From an uncultured Acidimicrobiia bacterium (GTDB lineage: Bacteria; Pseudomonadota; Gammaproteobacteria; GCA-001735895), in assembly GCA_964195315.1 (NCBI GenBank), contig CAXMOZ010000015.1:31995-95994 (forward strand): 64,000 bases of DNA, in the 5' to 3' direction. A program made the translations under genes and the position numbers. Below are positions 39,856-49,399 of this stretch, in pieces. The first letter of the stretch is position 1. Every line of letters starts with the position of its first letter. The notes under the pieces are model-generated. The model was not told the DNA's origin. It made no database searches and worked only from the letters and a program-made list of their open reading frames with translations.

Positions 39856-40215
39856 ATGGACATCGTTTTTATACGAGAGTTACAGGTAGAGACAGTGATT
39901 GGTATTTACGACTGGGAACGCAAAGTCAGGCAGATGATTAGCCTTGATGTAGATATGGCGACGGATATCCATAAAGCGGCGACAACCGATAATATTGACG
40001 ATACATTGAGTTATAAAACCGTAGCGAAGCGTTTAATCGAGTTTGTCGAGCAAAGTGACTTCGAACTGGTTGAGGCGCTGGCTGAGAAAATTTGCGCGAT
40101 TATTATTGAAGAGTTCAAGGTGCCCTGGGTCAAGTTAACCTTGAGTAAACCGGGAGCTGTGCAGGGTTCTCTTGCCGTTGGTGTGATTATAGAGCGAGGT
40201 AAAAAGCCAGCATGA
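39856..40215 (+). CDS. folB: Dihydroneopterin aldolase
   Basis: Protein MDIVFIRELQVETVIGIYDWERK… is collinear with E. coli FolB (MDIVFIEQLSVITTIGVYDWEQ…). The start was moved from the track's 39823 to the ATG at 39856. Confidence 0.85.
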   Translation: MDIVFIRELQVETVIGIYDWERKVRQMISLDVDMATDIHKAATTDNIDDTLSYKTVAKRLIEFVEQSDFELVEALAEKICAIIIEEFKVPWVKLTLSKPGAVQGSLAVGVIIERGKKPA

Positions 40216-40700
40216 TCAGCGATGTTTATATTGGTGTCGGCAGTAATGTAGATCCCAGACAGAATATTAGGCGGGCTTTAGAAGCAATGAGCTCTGCCTT
40301 TGGGGGGCTTGAAAAGTCTCCGGTTTATCAGTCGGCTGCGGTTGGTTTTAATGGCGATGACTTTCTTAATCTAGTGGTTAAGTTTGAGACTAGCCTTGAT
40401 GTCGTCGCAGTGGTGGGCCAGCTTCGGGTGATTGAAGATGCGCAGGGTAGGGATCGTAGTCAGCCACGATTTTCGAAACGGCCTATCGATCTGGATATTC
40501 TGTTGTATGGTGATTTAAAAATAAATGAATCGGGTATTCAGATACCACGCGATGAAATTATTGAGTCGGCTTTTGTCCTGAAGCCACTGAGTGATCTATC
40601 TCCATATTTACTCCATCCATTGCAGAAACAGAGTTATCAGGAGCTTTGGCAAGCGATGGCGCCGGATGCGCCACAGCTTGACCTTATACAGATAGATTAG
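40212..40700 (+). CDS. folK: 2-amino-4-hydroxy-6-hydroxymethyldihydropteridine pyrophosphokinase (HPPK)
   Basis: 162-aa ORF with an HPPK N-terminus (VYIGVGSNVDPRQNIRRALEAM) and a 4-nt overlap with folB. Confidence 0.9.
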   Translation: MISDVYIGVGSNVDPRQNIRRALEAMSSAFGGLEKSPVYQSAAVGFNGDDFLNLVVKFETSLDVVAVVGQLRVIEDAQGRDRSQPRFSKRPIDLDILLYGDLKINESGIQIPRDEIIESAFVLKPLSDLSPYLLHPLQKQSYQELWQAMAPDAPQLDLIQID

Positions 40701-40707
40701 AGATGGC

Positions 40708-41760
40708 CTAGAGTATTGATTTAAGTGCGGTAATTAGCGCTCGGCATTCTTTGTCTGTTCCGATCGATATTCGCAGATAATTATCAATCCGTTTAGTTTT
40801 GAAATGGCGTACCAGAATTCCAAGTTTCCTTAATTCGGTATAAAGCGTTTGTGCCAGTGCACTTTGGTGCTCTGCAAGCAGGAAGTTGCTACTTGATGGC
40901 AATACCTTAAAGGCAAGTTCGACGAGTGCTTGGTTGAGCCAGTCTCTGCTCGCAATCACTTGTTCTCGGCATTGTTGAAAATAGGCTTCGTCCTCAATAG
41001 ATGCAATAGCGACGGCGCTCGCAATGCTATCGATCGGGTAGGAGTTGAAAGAGTTCTTGACTCTATTTAGACCCTCGATTAAATCAGCATTACCGAGGGC
41101 GTATCCCAAACGTAATCCAGCCAGGCTGCGTGATTTGGAAAAAGTTTGGATCACTAGCAAGTTAGGGTATTGATTAATTAAACGAATGGCAGATTCCGCG
41201 TCATAGTCGACATAAGCTTCGTCGATTATTACCACAGAATTGGTGTTTTTGAGTATGGTTTCTATTGCATCAAGGCCCAGCGCTATGCCAGTGGGGGCAT
41301 TTGGATTTGGGATGATGACACCGCCATTGGGCTGAGCGTATTGTTCCAGGGTGACGCAAAAATCATCATCTAAAGGGATCGTCTTGTAATCGATTTGATA
41401 TAAACCGCAATAGACGGGATAGAAGCTGTAGCTGATATCTGGAAATAGCAAGGGTTTGGACTGTTTGAAAAAAGCCTGAAAACTATGAGCTAGGACTTCG
41501 TCTGAACCGTTGCCGATAAAAACTTGATTGGTCTTAAGCCCATGATAGGACGCGAGGGAATTTGCCAGATCAGTCGACTCTGGGTCAGGGTAACGGCGTA
41601 GCGTGTCAATAGGAAATGATTCGACCACCTTTAATATAGATGGCGATGGTGGATACGGATTTTCATTCGTATTGAGTTTGATATATTGCATGTCCTGCGG
41701 TTGCTCGCCCGGCACATACGGGTTGAGCTGGTGCACGATGTCAGTCCAGTATTGGCTCAT
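40708..41760 (-). CDS. Histidinol-phosphate aminotransferase-family PLP enzyme (HisC-like)
   Basis: 350-aa ORF with the motifs NTNENPYPP, NPNAPTG and FSKSRSLAGLRLGY (PLP-Lys). It is convergent with folK, with a 7-bp gap. Confidence 0.7.
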   Translation of the reverse strand: MSQYWTDIVHQLNPYVPGEQPQDMQYIKLNTNENPYPPSPSILKVVESFPIDTLRRYPDPESTDLANSLASYHGLKTNQVFIGNGSDEVLAHSFQAFFKQSKPLLFPDISYSFYPVYCGLYQIDYKTIPLDDDFCVTLEQYAQPNGGVIIPNPNAPTGIALGLDAIETILKNTNSVVIIDEAYVDYDAESAIRLINQYPNLLVIQTFSKSRSLAGLRLGYALGNADLIEGLNRVKNSFNSYPIDSIASAVAIASIEDEAYFQQCREQVIASRDWLNQALVELAFKVLPSSSNFLLAEHQSALAQTLYTELRKLGILVRHFKTKRIDNYLRISIGTDKECRALITALKSIL

Positions 41761-41781
41761 AATCTTTAGATATGCCTAGTT

Positions 41782-42618
41782 TTAGTTGGTTAACAGACGG
41801 CCGCCATCAACAGTGATGACTTCGCCCGTAATATAATCATTGTTGATTAAAAATAATACTGTTTGAGTAATATTGTCTGGATTGCCTATTTTTTGTAATG
41901 GAATCTTATCCAGGATTGAATGTTGTTTGTCTTTACTCTGATTGGCTTCTGGCCAAAGTATAGCGCCAGGTGCGATACCGTTAATTCGTACTTCTGGCGC
42001 CATATCTGATGCGAGCGATTTTACTAGCATTTGATTGGCAGCCTTGGCGCTGCAATACAAACTATGATTTTTTAGTGGTATTGTCGCGTAAATATCGAGC
42101 AAATTAATAATACATCCATGGCTTTCTTTAAGGGCAGGGTGGCAAGCCTGTGATAAAAACAATGGTGCTTTCAAATTGCTGCCGAGCAAGTCGATCCAAT
42201 GTTGTTCGGTTATTGACCCTAAAGGTGTCGCATAAAAGCTGGATGCGTTGTTAATCAAAATATCCAGCTGGCCAAAAGCTTGGGACGATTTTTGAGCCAG
42301 CAATTCAATCTCGGTGATGTCCGACAGATCAGCTTGATAGCGTATCGCTGAACCGGGTCGATAGCCATTCAGTTCTGCTTCGAGGGCTTGCGCATTGCGG
42401 CTTGATGAGTGTCTCGTATTGCCATCCGGTTTACCTTGGGAATGGCGATGATGGATGATGAGATTTGCGCCATTTTGATGTAGAGTTCGCGCAATCTGCG
42501 CACCAATGCGGTTGGCTGAGCCAGTCACCAGGGCAGCCTTTCCAGTAAGCAGTTGTTTTTCAGGTGATATTTTTTCAGACAATATTTTTCCAAACCACAG
42601 AATTTTAAGAGAGAACAC
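41782..42618 (-). CDS. Short-chain dehydrogenase/reductase; pteridine/dihydromonapterin reductase-like (FolM-like)
   Basis: Rossmann motif TGSANRIGAQIA, an NNAS motif and a Y-x3-K site (YCSAKAA). Its context beside folB-folK fits a pterin reductase. The true start is probably downstream of the track's first codon. Confidence 0.55.
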   Translation of the reverse strand: MFSLKILWFGKILSEKISPEKQLLTGKAALVTGSANRIGAQIARTLHQNGANLIIHHRHSQGKPDGNTRHSSSRNAQALEAELNGYRPGSAIRYQADLSDITEIELLAQKSSQAFGQLDILINNASSFYATPLGSITEQHWIDLLGSNLKAPLFLSQACHPALKESHGCIINLLDIYATIPLKNHSLYCSAKAANQMLVKSLASDMAPEVRINGIAPGAILWPEANQSKDKQHSILDKIPLQKIGNPDNITQTVLFLINNDYITGEVITVDGGRLLTN

Positions 42619-42625
42619 AAAAGGA

Positions 42626-43891
42626 ATGTCATCATATCATTCTCAAGAACAGACGCTAGCGCAATTGCCAGAACCCAGTGCGCTAGAGATCAAGCACAGC
42701 AGTGAGTTGATCGAGCTGATTGTTAGAGAAATCGAGCAACACGGTGTTATGTCGTTTCATGAATATATGAATCGAGTTTTGTATGAGCCCGGGCTGGGCT
42801 ACTACAGCGCAGGCACGACAAAATTTGGTGCCGCGGGTGACTTCATAACCGCACCTGAAGTGTCGCCTTTGTTCGGGTCTTGCCTGGCTCAACAATGCGA
42901 GTCGATATTCTCACAAGGCTGTTCTCGTCAACTGCTCGAATTTGGTGCGGGTAGTGGACGACTATGCGAACAAATTTTATCGAGTTTAAACGCTCCAGTG
43001 CGTTACAGCATCGTCGAAGTGAGTGCTGATCTAAAAGCTCGTCAGCAGCAATATTTGAGGGATGAATTATCTCCAGCTGTATTCGAAAGTATCGAATGGC
43101 TAGATGCGTTGCCGGAGCAGTTTGATGGCATTATGTTTGGAAATGAAGTGCTGGACGCGATGCCAGTGAATGTGGTTTTAAAAGACGGTCAGTGGCAAGA
43201 GTTGGGCGTCGGGTTTGACGATGGCCGTTTTGTCTGGCGGCCCTATCTGGGCCCAAACGACATGGGCCGAAATGACATTGAGCCAAGTAGCGCGGAGCAT
43301 AATAATGAACAGCAAAGCGAGGCAATCAAAACCATTCAAAAGATTGAGGCGGATCTTATTGCGGCAGGTTTTGGCACTTTGCCAGAGGGTTATTGCACCG
43401 AAATTAACCTTAACTATAAGCCCTGGCTCGAAGCGTTGCAGGCGAGCTGTCATCAGGCAGTTATATTGATGATCGATTATGGTTATGAGCAGTCGCAGTA
43501 TTATCACCCAGAGCGAAGTAGTGGCACACTGACTTGTTACTACCGGCATCGAACCCACCCCGACCCTTTTGTTTACCCTGGCTTGCAGGATATCACTGCC
43601 TTCGTCGACTTCGATGCCTTTGCAGATGCGGCAATTGATGTGGGGTTTACTGTTTGCGGGCTCGCTAGTCAACGTCAGTTTTTACTTCATAATAAATTGC
43701 TCGAAGCCGCCCAGGAAATTAGCCAGAAAGCAAGTGAGGCAGGTGATACTCAGGCACAGATTGAAGTGGCTCAGCAAGTCAAAACATTAACCTTGCCGAG
43801 TGCAATGGGTGAGAGATTTCAAGTCATTGGCCTGCAGAAAAATATAGACATTAAGATTGAAGCCCTGACAGCACAGGCTGGTGCAAGATAA
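42626..43891 (+). CDS. Class I SAM-dependent methyltransferase, MidA/NDUFAF7 (DUF185) family
   Basis: Motifs: …FHEYMNRVLYEPGLGYYSAGTTKFGAAGDFITAPEVSPLFG… and a glycine-rich SAM motif (LLEFGAGSGRL). The start was moved to the ATG at 42626, which is preceded by aagga; the track ORF begins upstream inside the SDR gene. Confidence 0.65.
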   Translation: MSSYHSQEQTLAQLPEPSALEIKHSSELIELIVREIEQHGVMSFHEYMNRVLYEPGLGYYSAGTTKFGAAGDFITAPEVSPLFGSCLAQQCESIFSQGCSRQLLEFGAGSGRLCEQILSSLNAPVRYSIVEVSADLKARQQQYLRDELSPAVFESIEWLDALPEQFDGIMFGNEVLDAMPVNVVLKDGQWQELGVGFDDGRFVWRPYLGPNDMGRNDIEPSSAEHNNEQQSEAIKTIQKIEADLIAAGFGTLPEGYCTEINLNYKPWLEALQASCHQAVILMIDYGYEQSQYYHPERSSGTLTCYYRHRTHPDPFVYPGLQDITAFVDFDAFADAAIDVGFTVCGLASQRQFLLHNKLLEAAQEISQKASEAGDTQAQIEVAQQVKTLTLPSAMGERFQVIGLQKNIDIKIEALTAQAGAR

Positions 43892-44688
43892 TGGATACGA
43901 TTCAAATCATTATACTGGCGATTGTTCAAGGCCTTACCGAGTTTTTACCCGTATCGAGTTCGGCGCATTTAATTTTGGTGCCGATGCTGCTGCAGTGGCC
44001 CGATCAAGGGCTGGTGTTTGATGTCGCGGTGCATGTTGGTTCGCTAATGGCAGTGCTGATTTATTTTCGGATTGAAGTGATTGATATGCTGGTGGCCTGG
44101 ACTCGAAGCCTGTTTGGTGGTGGCTCGACTTCAAATAGTCGGCTAGGTTGGTGGGTGATCCTGGGTACCGTGCCTGCGGTCATTATTGGGTTTTTGTTCA
44201 AAGGTTTTATCGAGTCTGATTTGCGCTCACCCTGGGTGATTGCTATCACCACAATTGTGTTTGCATTGTTGCTTTGGTTTGCCGATACGCGCAAGTCAAA
44301 ACAGCGTAGTGAATATGAATTGAAGCTGCCAGATGTTGTGACGATTGGTCTATTTCAAGCCATCGCTTTGATCCCGGGTACTTCACGCTCTGGCATTACG
44401 ATGACTGCCGGACTGCTGCTGGGTATGACTCGACAGGCGGCAGCGAGATTTTCATTTTTATTGTCGATACCACTTATCCTCGCGAGTGGCGTGTTACAAA
44501 CAGCAGAGTTGGCGCAGTCCGTGCAATCGATTGACTGGTTTGCCTTGAGTTTGGCGATTGTGTTATCGGCGGTCAGTGCGGGTCTGTGTATCCATTTGTT
44601 CTTACGACTGATCGAAAAAGTCGGCATGATGCCTTTTGTGATTTATCGACTATTGCTGGGTATAGTTTTAATCGCCTTATTGGTTTAG
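43891..44688 (+). CDS. uppP: Undecaprenyl-diphosphatase
   Basis: 265-aa ORF: MDTIQIIILAIVQGLTEFLPVSSSAHLIL… with a conserved …PGTSRSG… motif. The upstream stop overlaps its start codon (atga). Confidence 0.9.
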   Translation: MDTIQIIILAIVQGLTEFLPVSSSAHLILVPMLLQWPDQGLVFDVAVHVGSLMAVLIYFRIEVIDMLVAWTRSLFGGGSTSNSRLGWWVILGTVPAVIIGFLFKGFIESDLRSPWVIAITTIVFALLLWFADTRKSKQRSEYELKLPDVVTIGLFQAIALIPGTSRSGITMTAGLLLGMTRQAAARFSFLLSIPLILASGVLQTAELAQSVQSIDWFALSLAIVLSAVSAGLCIHLFLRLIEKVGMMPFVIYRLLLGIVLIALLV

Positions 44689-44719
44689 TTTTTATGATTA
44701 TTTTTTATGACTAACTATT

Positions 44720-45115
44720 ATGATTAAGGATGCCCCTTTCGAATTACATCTTCGGTCACTCTGGTTTGGGCTGGCTTATTCTATGTTGTTAGTGGTGGCT
44801 GCTCTGTCGTTAACACCAGCAGTTCCCAATATTGGTGGCAGTGATAAGTTGGGGCATTTTCTCGCTTATGCGGCGCTATCCATTGCCTTTAGCGTCATCA
44901 TTCGGCAGCGACTATCGTTATGGCGAGTTTTATTTGGGTTGATTGCTTTCGGAATTTTAATGGAATATTTGCAGGGCTTAACTGGATATCGATATGCCGA
45001 CCCTGAGGATGCGCTGGCCAATAGTATTGGTGTCGTGTTTGGCTTGTTGTTCCATTTCTCACCTTTGCGTCGTGTTTTGCTAAAGGTCGATGCCTACCTA
45101 CATCGTTTGCGTTAA
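44720..45115 (+). CDS. VanZ-like small membrane protein
   Basis: 131-aa ORF with 4 TM helices and a VanZ-like …GSDKLGHFLAYAALS… motif. Confidence 0.5.
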   Translation: MIKDAPFELHLRSLWFGLAYSMLLVVAALSLTPAVPNIGGSDKLGHFLAYAALSIAFSVIIRQRLSLWRVLFGLIAFGILMEYLQGLTGYRYADPEDALANSIGVVFGLLFHFSPLRRVLLKVDAYLHRLR

Positions 45116-46345
45116 CTTTTGCATAAGCGTCTGTTTCTCAGATTTAATTAGGTCAAGTCGAAGCTTATTGATTGCTTCACCGAGTGCTTTGCCTTGTAAT
45201 TCGCTTTGGGTGACTATACTGATGTCAGCATGACATAGTTTATCGGCGAGCTCATTAACGAAAGCTGCCTGGGGGTAGGGATTGTTTTCAAAATTGGTTC
45301 GGCCGCGGGCATCAGATAAGCAGGCCTGCACCATTTTTTTGAAGCGCTCGGGCTTTCGAAATACATCTGTTTTAGCAAATAGCTTGAGCAAAGTGGCGGG
45401 TTTTAGCTCTAATGCTCGATGCACATGGGTGTGGTATTCGGTCGTGATCAATGCCAACTCAGTATGGGCTTTGGGTACTTTCCAGCGTTTGCAAAAAGAC
45501 TTCACTAGTTTTACGCCACGTTGTTCATGGCCGTGGTGACTCGGCAGAATATCTGCGGGCGTGATGGCTTTGCCTAAATCGTGCATAAGCACGGCGAACC
45601 GGGTTTCTATATCAAAATTGAGTTGTGCACTTTTTTCTAGCGCCATCATGACGTGAATGCCAGTATCGATTTCAGGATGATATTTGGCTGTTTGTGGCAC
45701 ACCAAAAAGGTCGTCTAGTTCTGGAAACAGAGTGGCGAGAACATCGCACTCACGTAATGTCTCAAAAAACACAGATGGATTGCCTTCACCGAGTGCACGT
45801 GACATTTCTGTCCAAACGCGTTCGGCGACCAGTGTACTCAGCTCACCACTCTGACCCATCTTCCGAATCAGTTGAATGGTTTCCGGCGCCAGTTTAAACC
45901 CAAGGTGGTGGAATCTGGCAGCAAATCGGGCAGCTCTCAAGACCCTTACAGGGTCTTCGACAAAGGCGTATGAGACATGGCGAAGGATGCGTTTTTCAAG
46001 ATCGGCCTGACCTCCATAGGGGTCGATCAAGTGACCGTTTTTATCTTCTGCAATAGCATTGATGGTTAGATCACGACGCGATAAATCCTGCTCGATAGTA
46101 ATCAACGGGTCAGTATCAAATTCGAAGCCATGATAACCCGGGCCAGTTTTTCTTTCGCTACGCGCGAGTGCATACTCCTGTTTTGTTTTAGGGTGCAAAA
46201 AAACAGGGAAGTCTTTACCAACCGATTGATATCCGGCATTTTGCATTTGATCGACAGTTGCGCCAGTTATAACCCAGTCGATGTCGGTGATAGGCAGGTC
46301 GAGTAAACGGTCGCGTACACAGCCGCCTACCCGGTAGATTTTCAT
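45098..46345 (-). CDS. cca: Multifunctional CCA-adding tRNA nucleotidyltransferase / 2',3'-cyclic phosphodiesterase (HD domain)
   Basis: 415-aa ORF: MKIYRVGGCVRDRLLDLPITDIDWV… (pol-beta head) plus an HD motif (…VLMHDLGK…). Confidence 0.9.
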   Translation of the reverse strand: MKIYRVGGCVRDRLLDLPITDIDWVITGATVDQMQNAGYQSVGKDFPVFLHPKTKQEYALARSERKTGPGYHGFEFDTDPLITIEQDLSRRDLTINAIAEDKNGHLIDPYGGQADLEKRILRHVSYAFVEDPVRVLRAARFAARFHHLGFKLAPETIQLIRKMGQSGELSTLVAERVWTEMSRALGEGNPSVFFETLRECDVLATLFPELDDLFGVPQTAKYHPEIDTGIHVMMALEKSAQLNFDIETRFAVLMHDLGKAITPADILPSHHGHEQRGVKLVKSFCKRWKVPKAHTELALITTEYHTHVHRALELKPATLLKLFAKTDVFRKPERFKKMVQACLSDARGRTNFENNPYPQAAFVNELADKLCHADISIVTQSELQGKALGEAINKLRLDLIKSEKQTLMQKLTQTM

Positions 46346-47313
46346 TACTTTGGTTTGATGTCTGCGTTGTGCTTAAACGAATGGTCTTCTCGGAATTCGT
46401 CATAATGCTTTATGCGGCTGAATAAGGCGCCGATGCCTTGAATATATTGCGTTAAACTAGTTGTGCCATGGTCACTGTTATCGCAAACACTCGGTGTTTG
46501 CAGCGAGCGATAATTATCCATGGTGAACAGCTTGCCCGGCAGGTTTTGTAATACCAGGGCTTGTAGTTTTGATAGCCTATTGCCCAGTGGGATGATACGG
46601 CAGGAAATTCCCATCGACTTCGCAATTAACTCTAAAATTTGTTTGAGTGTAAATACTTCTGGGCCGCACATAGGGTAGCGTTTGCCGTAGGTTGCTTTAT
46701 CGTCAATGGCGTCGACTACTTTGGTGACTAAATCGCCAACGTAAATGGGTGCAAATTTACTATTGGGACAAGCCAATGGAAAGAAGCCAACGCAGTATTT
46801 TAAAATGCCAGCAAATTGGTTGATAAACTGATCATTTAGGCCAAACACAACGGATGGTTGGAAGCTGGTGACGTGTAGGTCTTTTTGGCCAAAAGTATGC
46901 AGTAGATTTTCACCTTCACCTTTGCTTCGCAAATAAAGACTGGTACCACGGGCTTGATCAGCACCCAGCGCACTGAGGTGTAATAGACGCTTGATCTTAT
47001 TGTCTGTGCAGGCTGAGACTAATGTCTTCATAAAGTCGACATGTACTTTTCTAAAGTCGCCTTTTTTGCGTTCGTGCAAGATACCAATTAAATTAACAAC
47101 GGTATTTTGATTGTGACATAACCCCTCAAGCTGGGCGGTATCAAACACATTTGATCCTACTACTTGAATGTTTGCATGAACCGATAGTGCTCTGTGTCGA
47201 TGGGGTCGCCGACAAGGGATGGTCACCAGGTAACCTTTATTCGCGAGTGCAAACGCTAACTGTTGGCCAATAAAGCCACTGCCACCTAAAAGTAAAACTC
47301 TGTTGAAATGCAT
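46345..47313 (-). CDS. NAD(P)-binding epimerase/dehydratase-family protein (NDUFA9/SDR-like)
   Basis: 322-aa ORF with an N-terminal Rossmann motif (VLLLGGSGFIGQQL). It overlaps the cca start by 1 nt. Confidence 0.65.
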   Translation of the reverse strand: MHFNRVLLLGGSGFIGQQLAFALANKGYLVTIPCRRPHRHRALSVHANIQVVGSNVFDTAQLEGLCHNQNTVVNLIGILHERKKGDFRKVHVDFMKTLVSACTDNKIKRLLHLSALGADQARGTSLYLRSKGEGENLLHTFGQKDLHVTSFQPSVVFGLNDQFINQFAGILKYCVGFFPLACPNSKFAPIYVGDLVTKVVDAIDDKATYGKRYPMCGPEVFTLKQILELIAKSMGISCRIIPLGNRLSKLQALVLQNLPGKLFTMDNYRSLQTPSVCDNSDHGTTSLTQYIQGIGALFSRIKHYDEFREDHSFKHNADIKPK

Positions 47314-47325
47314 GTCGAATTAGTC

Positions 47326-48633
47326 TCAGCTTTGCTGTGGTTGTGGTTTTTTTTTATTGGTGTTGTTACTTCGTCGGCGCTGTGGCGGACGATTATTGGG
47401 ATTCTTTTTGCCATCCTTAGCGCGCGGTGACGGTTTCGACTTCTTCATTCTAATCGGCGGTAAAGGTGTGGCGACCAGCTCATTGCTGATGGGCATAGTT
47501 GGCAATGAGGTTTTAATATAGTGCTCAATATCCATTAAGTTCATCGCGTAGTCTTCGCAGGCAAAACTTATAGCAGTGCCCGAATTACCGACACGCGCGG
47601 TGCGGCCTATGCGATGAACATAATCTTCACCCTGATCTGGTAGGTCGTAATTGAAAACATGGGTAACATCGGGAATGTGCAGTCCGCGTGATGCCACATC
47701 GGTTGCAATCAGGATTGAATACTCTCCATCATGAAACTTCTTAAGCAGGCTCTCGCGTTTACTTTGTTGTATGTCGCCCGAAATGATAGCGGCTTCCAGA
47801 CCGTTCCCCTGTAGATATTCCCAGATGCGCACTGTCGCGTGTTTAGTGTTGGCAAAAATGATGCTGCGAGCTGGTTTTAGCTGTTTAATTAATCCGATTA
47901 ATAATGGAATTTTCTCTTGATTGGCAGGGTGGTAAACAGTTTGAGCGATTCGCTCAACGGCAGGTGTGTCGGATTGAATTTGTACCAGTTTAGGTTCATT
48001 CATGTGCTCGTAAGCCAGTTCCAGAACCTTATGTGCCATGGTGGCCGAAAATAGCATGTTCAATCGTTTCTCGGGTTCAGACAGGCGGCGCAGCATGAAG
48101 CGAACATCCTGGATAAAACCCATGTCGAACATGCGGTCCGCTTCATCTAATACTAATGCTTCGATTGATTTTAGATTGAAGAGCTTTTGCTTGAAAAAGT
48201 CGATTAGACGACCGGGGGTTCCAATTAATATATCGATGCCGTCATTAAATTGTTGTTTTTGCTGTTCATATGCCTTGCCGCCATAGCAGATCGCAAGCTT
48301 TAGGGGTAAGTCAGCTAGTAACTCATCCGCATCTTTATGAATCTGTATTGCTAGTTCACGAGTGGGGGCCAAAATTAATACGCGAGGCTTTCCTGGTGTG
48401 GCGACCTGGTCGGACGAGAGAACTTTTTGTATGCTGGCGAGTAAGAAGGCCATTGTTTTACCTGTTCCGGTCTGGGCCTGTCCTGACACATCGTGTCCGT
48501 CAAGTAGCAAGGGTAGCGACTCAGCCTGAATGGGCGTGCAGTATTTAAAGTTTAGCTTGTCTAGCGCGGTCAACAGGCGTGCATCCAGTGCTAATGAACT
48601 GAACTCTATGTCAGTTAAATGTTGGTCACTCAT
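47326..48633 (-). CDS. rhlB: ATP-dependent RNA helicase RhlB (DEAD-box)
   Basis: 435-aa ORF with Q-motif, Walker A (AQTGTGKT), DEAD (VLDEAD), SAT and HRIGR motifs. It has a basic Arg/Lys-rich C-terminal tail and the conserved position next to trxA-rho. Confidence 0.85.
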   Translation of the reverse strand: MSDQHLTDIEFSSLALDARLLTALDKLNFKYCTPIQAESLPLLLDGHDVSGQAQTGTGKTMAFLLASIQKVLSSDQVATPGKPRVLILAPTRELAIQIHKDADELLADLPLKLAICYGGKAYEQQKQQFNDGIDILIGTPGRLIDFFKQKLFNLKSIEALVLDEADRMFDMGFIQDVRFMLRRLSEPEKRLNMLFSATMAHKVLELAYEHMNEPKLVQIQSDTPAVERIAQTVYHPANQEKIPLLIGLIKQLKPARSIIFANTKHATVRIWEYLQGNGLEAAIISGDIQQSKRESLLKKFHDGEYSILIATDVASRGLHIPDVTHVFNYDLPDQGEDYVHRIGRTARVGNSGTAISFACEDYAMNLMDIEHYIKTSLPTMPISNELVATPLPPIRMKKSKPSPRAKDGKKNPNNRPPQRRRSNNTNKKKPQPQQS

Positions 48634-48866
48634 GGTTTTGGGGTTTAACCTGAAGAATTACAAACGTCTATAGTAGCAAATTGTAAAATAATCTGCGCTG
48701 TGATTTGAAAAATGACTCAATTACCCATATATATCCTGCTGAGAGCCATTGACTTGTAAAATTCTTATGTATTTTGGAATTAGCAGATGTTGACAGTTAA
48801 AACTGATAATACTAAATTGGCTGCTGAATTACCCTTAATAGATTTGCCCATAGTTTGGAGAAACAC

Positions 48867-49193
48867 GTGAGTGATAAAATTGTTTACCTTTCAGATGAAA
48901 GTTTTGAAGCCGATGTTCTACAAGCAGACGGTCCTGTGCTGGTTGATTACTGGGCTGAATGGTGTGGTCCTTGCAAAATGATTGCGCCAATTCTGGAAGA
49001 AATTGCTACAGAATATGACGGTCGTGTCACGGTTGCCAAACTTAATATTGATGAAAACGCCGATACGCCACCTAAGTATGGCATTCGAGGTATTCCAACA
49101 TTGATGCTGTTTAAAGGTGGTGCTGTTGAAGCCACTAAGGTTGGTGCGTTATCAAAGTCTCAGTTAACTGCATTCATCGATAGTAATATCTAA
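48867..49193 (+). CDS. trxA: Thioredoxin 1
   Basis: [10 protein letters not shown] active site. Collinear with E. coli TrxA from a GTG start ([13 protein letters not shown]…) preceded by ggag. The track ORF starts 12 nt further upstream at a TTG. Confidence 0.9.
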   Translation: MSDKIVYLSDESFEADVLQADGPVLVDYWAEWCGPCKMIAPILEEIATEYDGRVTVAKLNIDENADTPPKYGIRGIPTLMLFKGGAVEATKVGALSKSQLTAFIDSNI

Positions 49194-49227
49194 AGTAAAG
49201 AACAGAGTATAATAATTACTCCAAATA

Positions 49228-49256
49228 GGGTCGTCATTGTGGACGACCTTATTTTA
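49228..49256 (+). terminator. Rho-independent terminator after trxA
   Basis: Stem gggtcgtc / ggacgacc with loop attgt, followed by ttatttta. Confidence 0.7.
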
Positions 49257-49262
49257 CTGTGC

Positions 49263-49399
49263 TAGTCTTTGCCCAGCATTCGCCACCCTTCTAATCGGCG
49301 ATTTCCAAAAAAAACTCATAATCCGTTATCTTTTCCTGACTTTTTAGTCCAATAACTACGTCTGAATTCCCCTAAAACTTTCCTTGTGCATTCTTTATT
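49263..49399 (+). promoter_or_regulatory. rho leader region (C-rich, G-poor; candidate rut / autoregulatory attenuator)
   Basis: A 137-nt stretch upstream of rho that is visibly C-rich and nearly devoid of G, the composition of Rho-utilisation sites. Rho autoregulation via its leader is established in E. coli. Confidence 0.45.
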
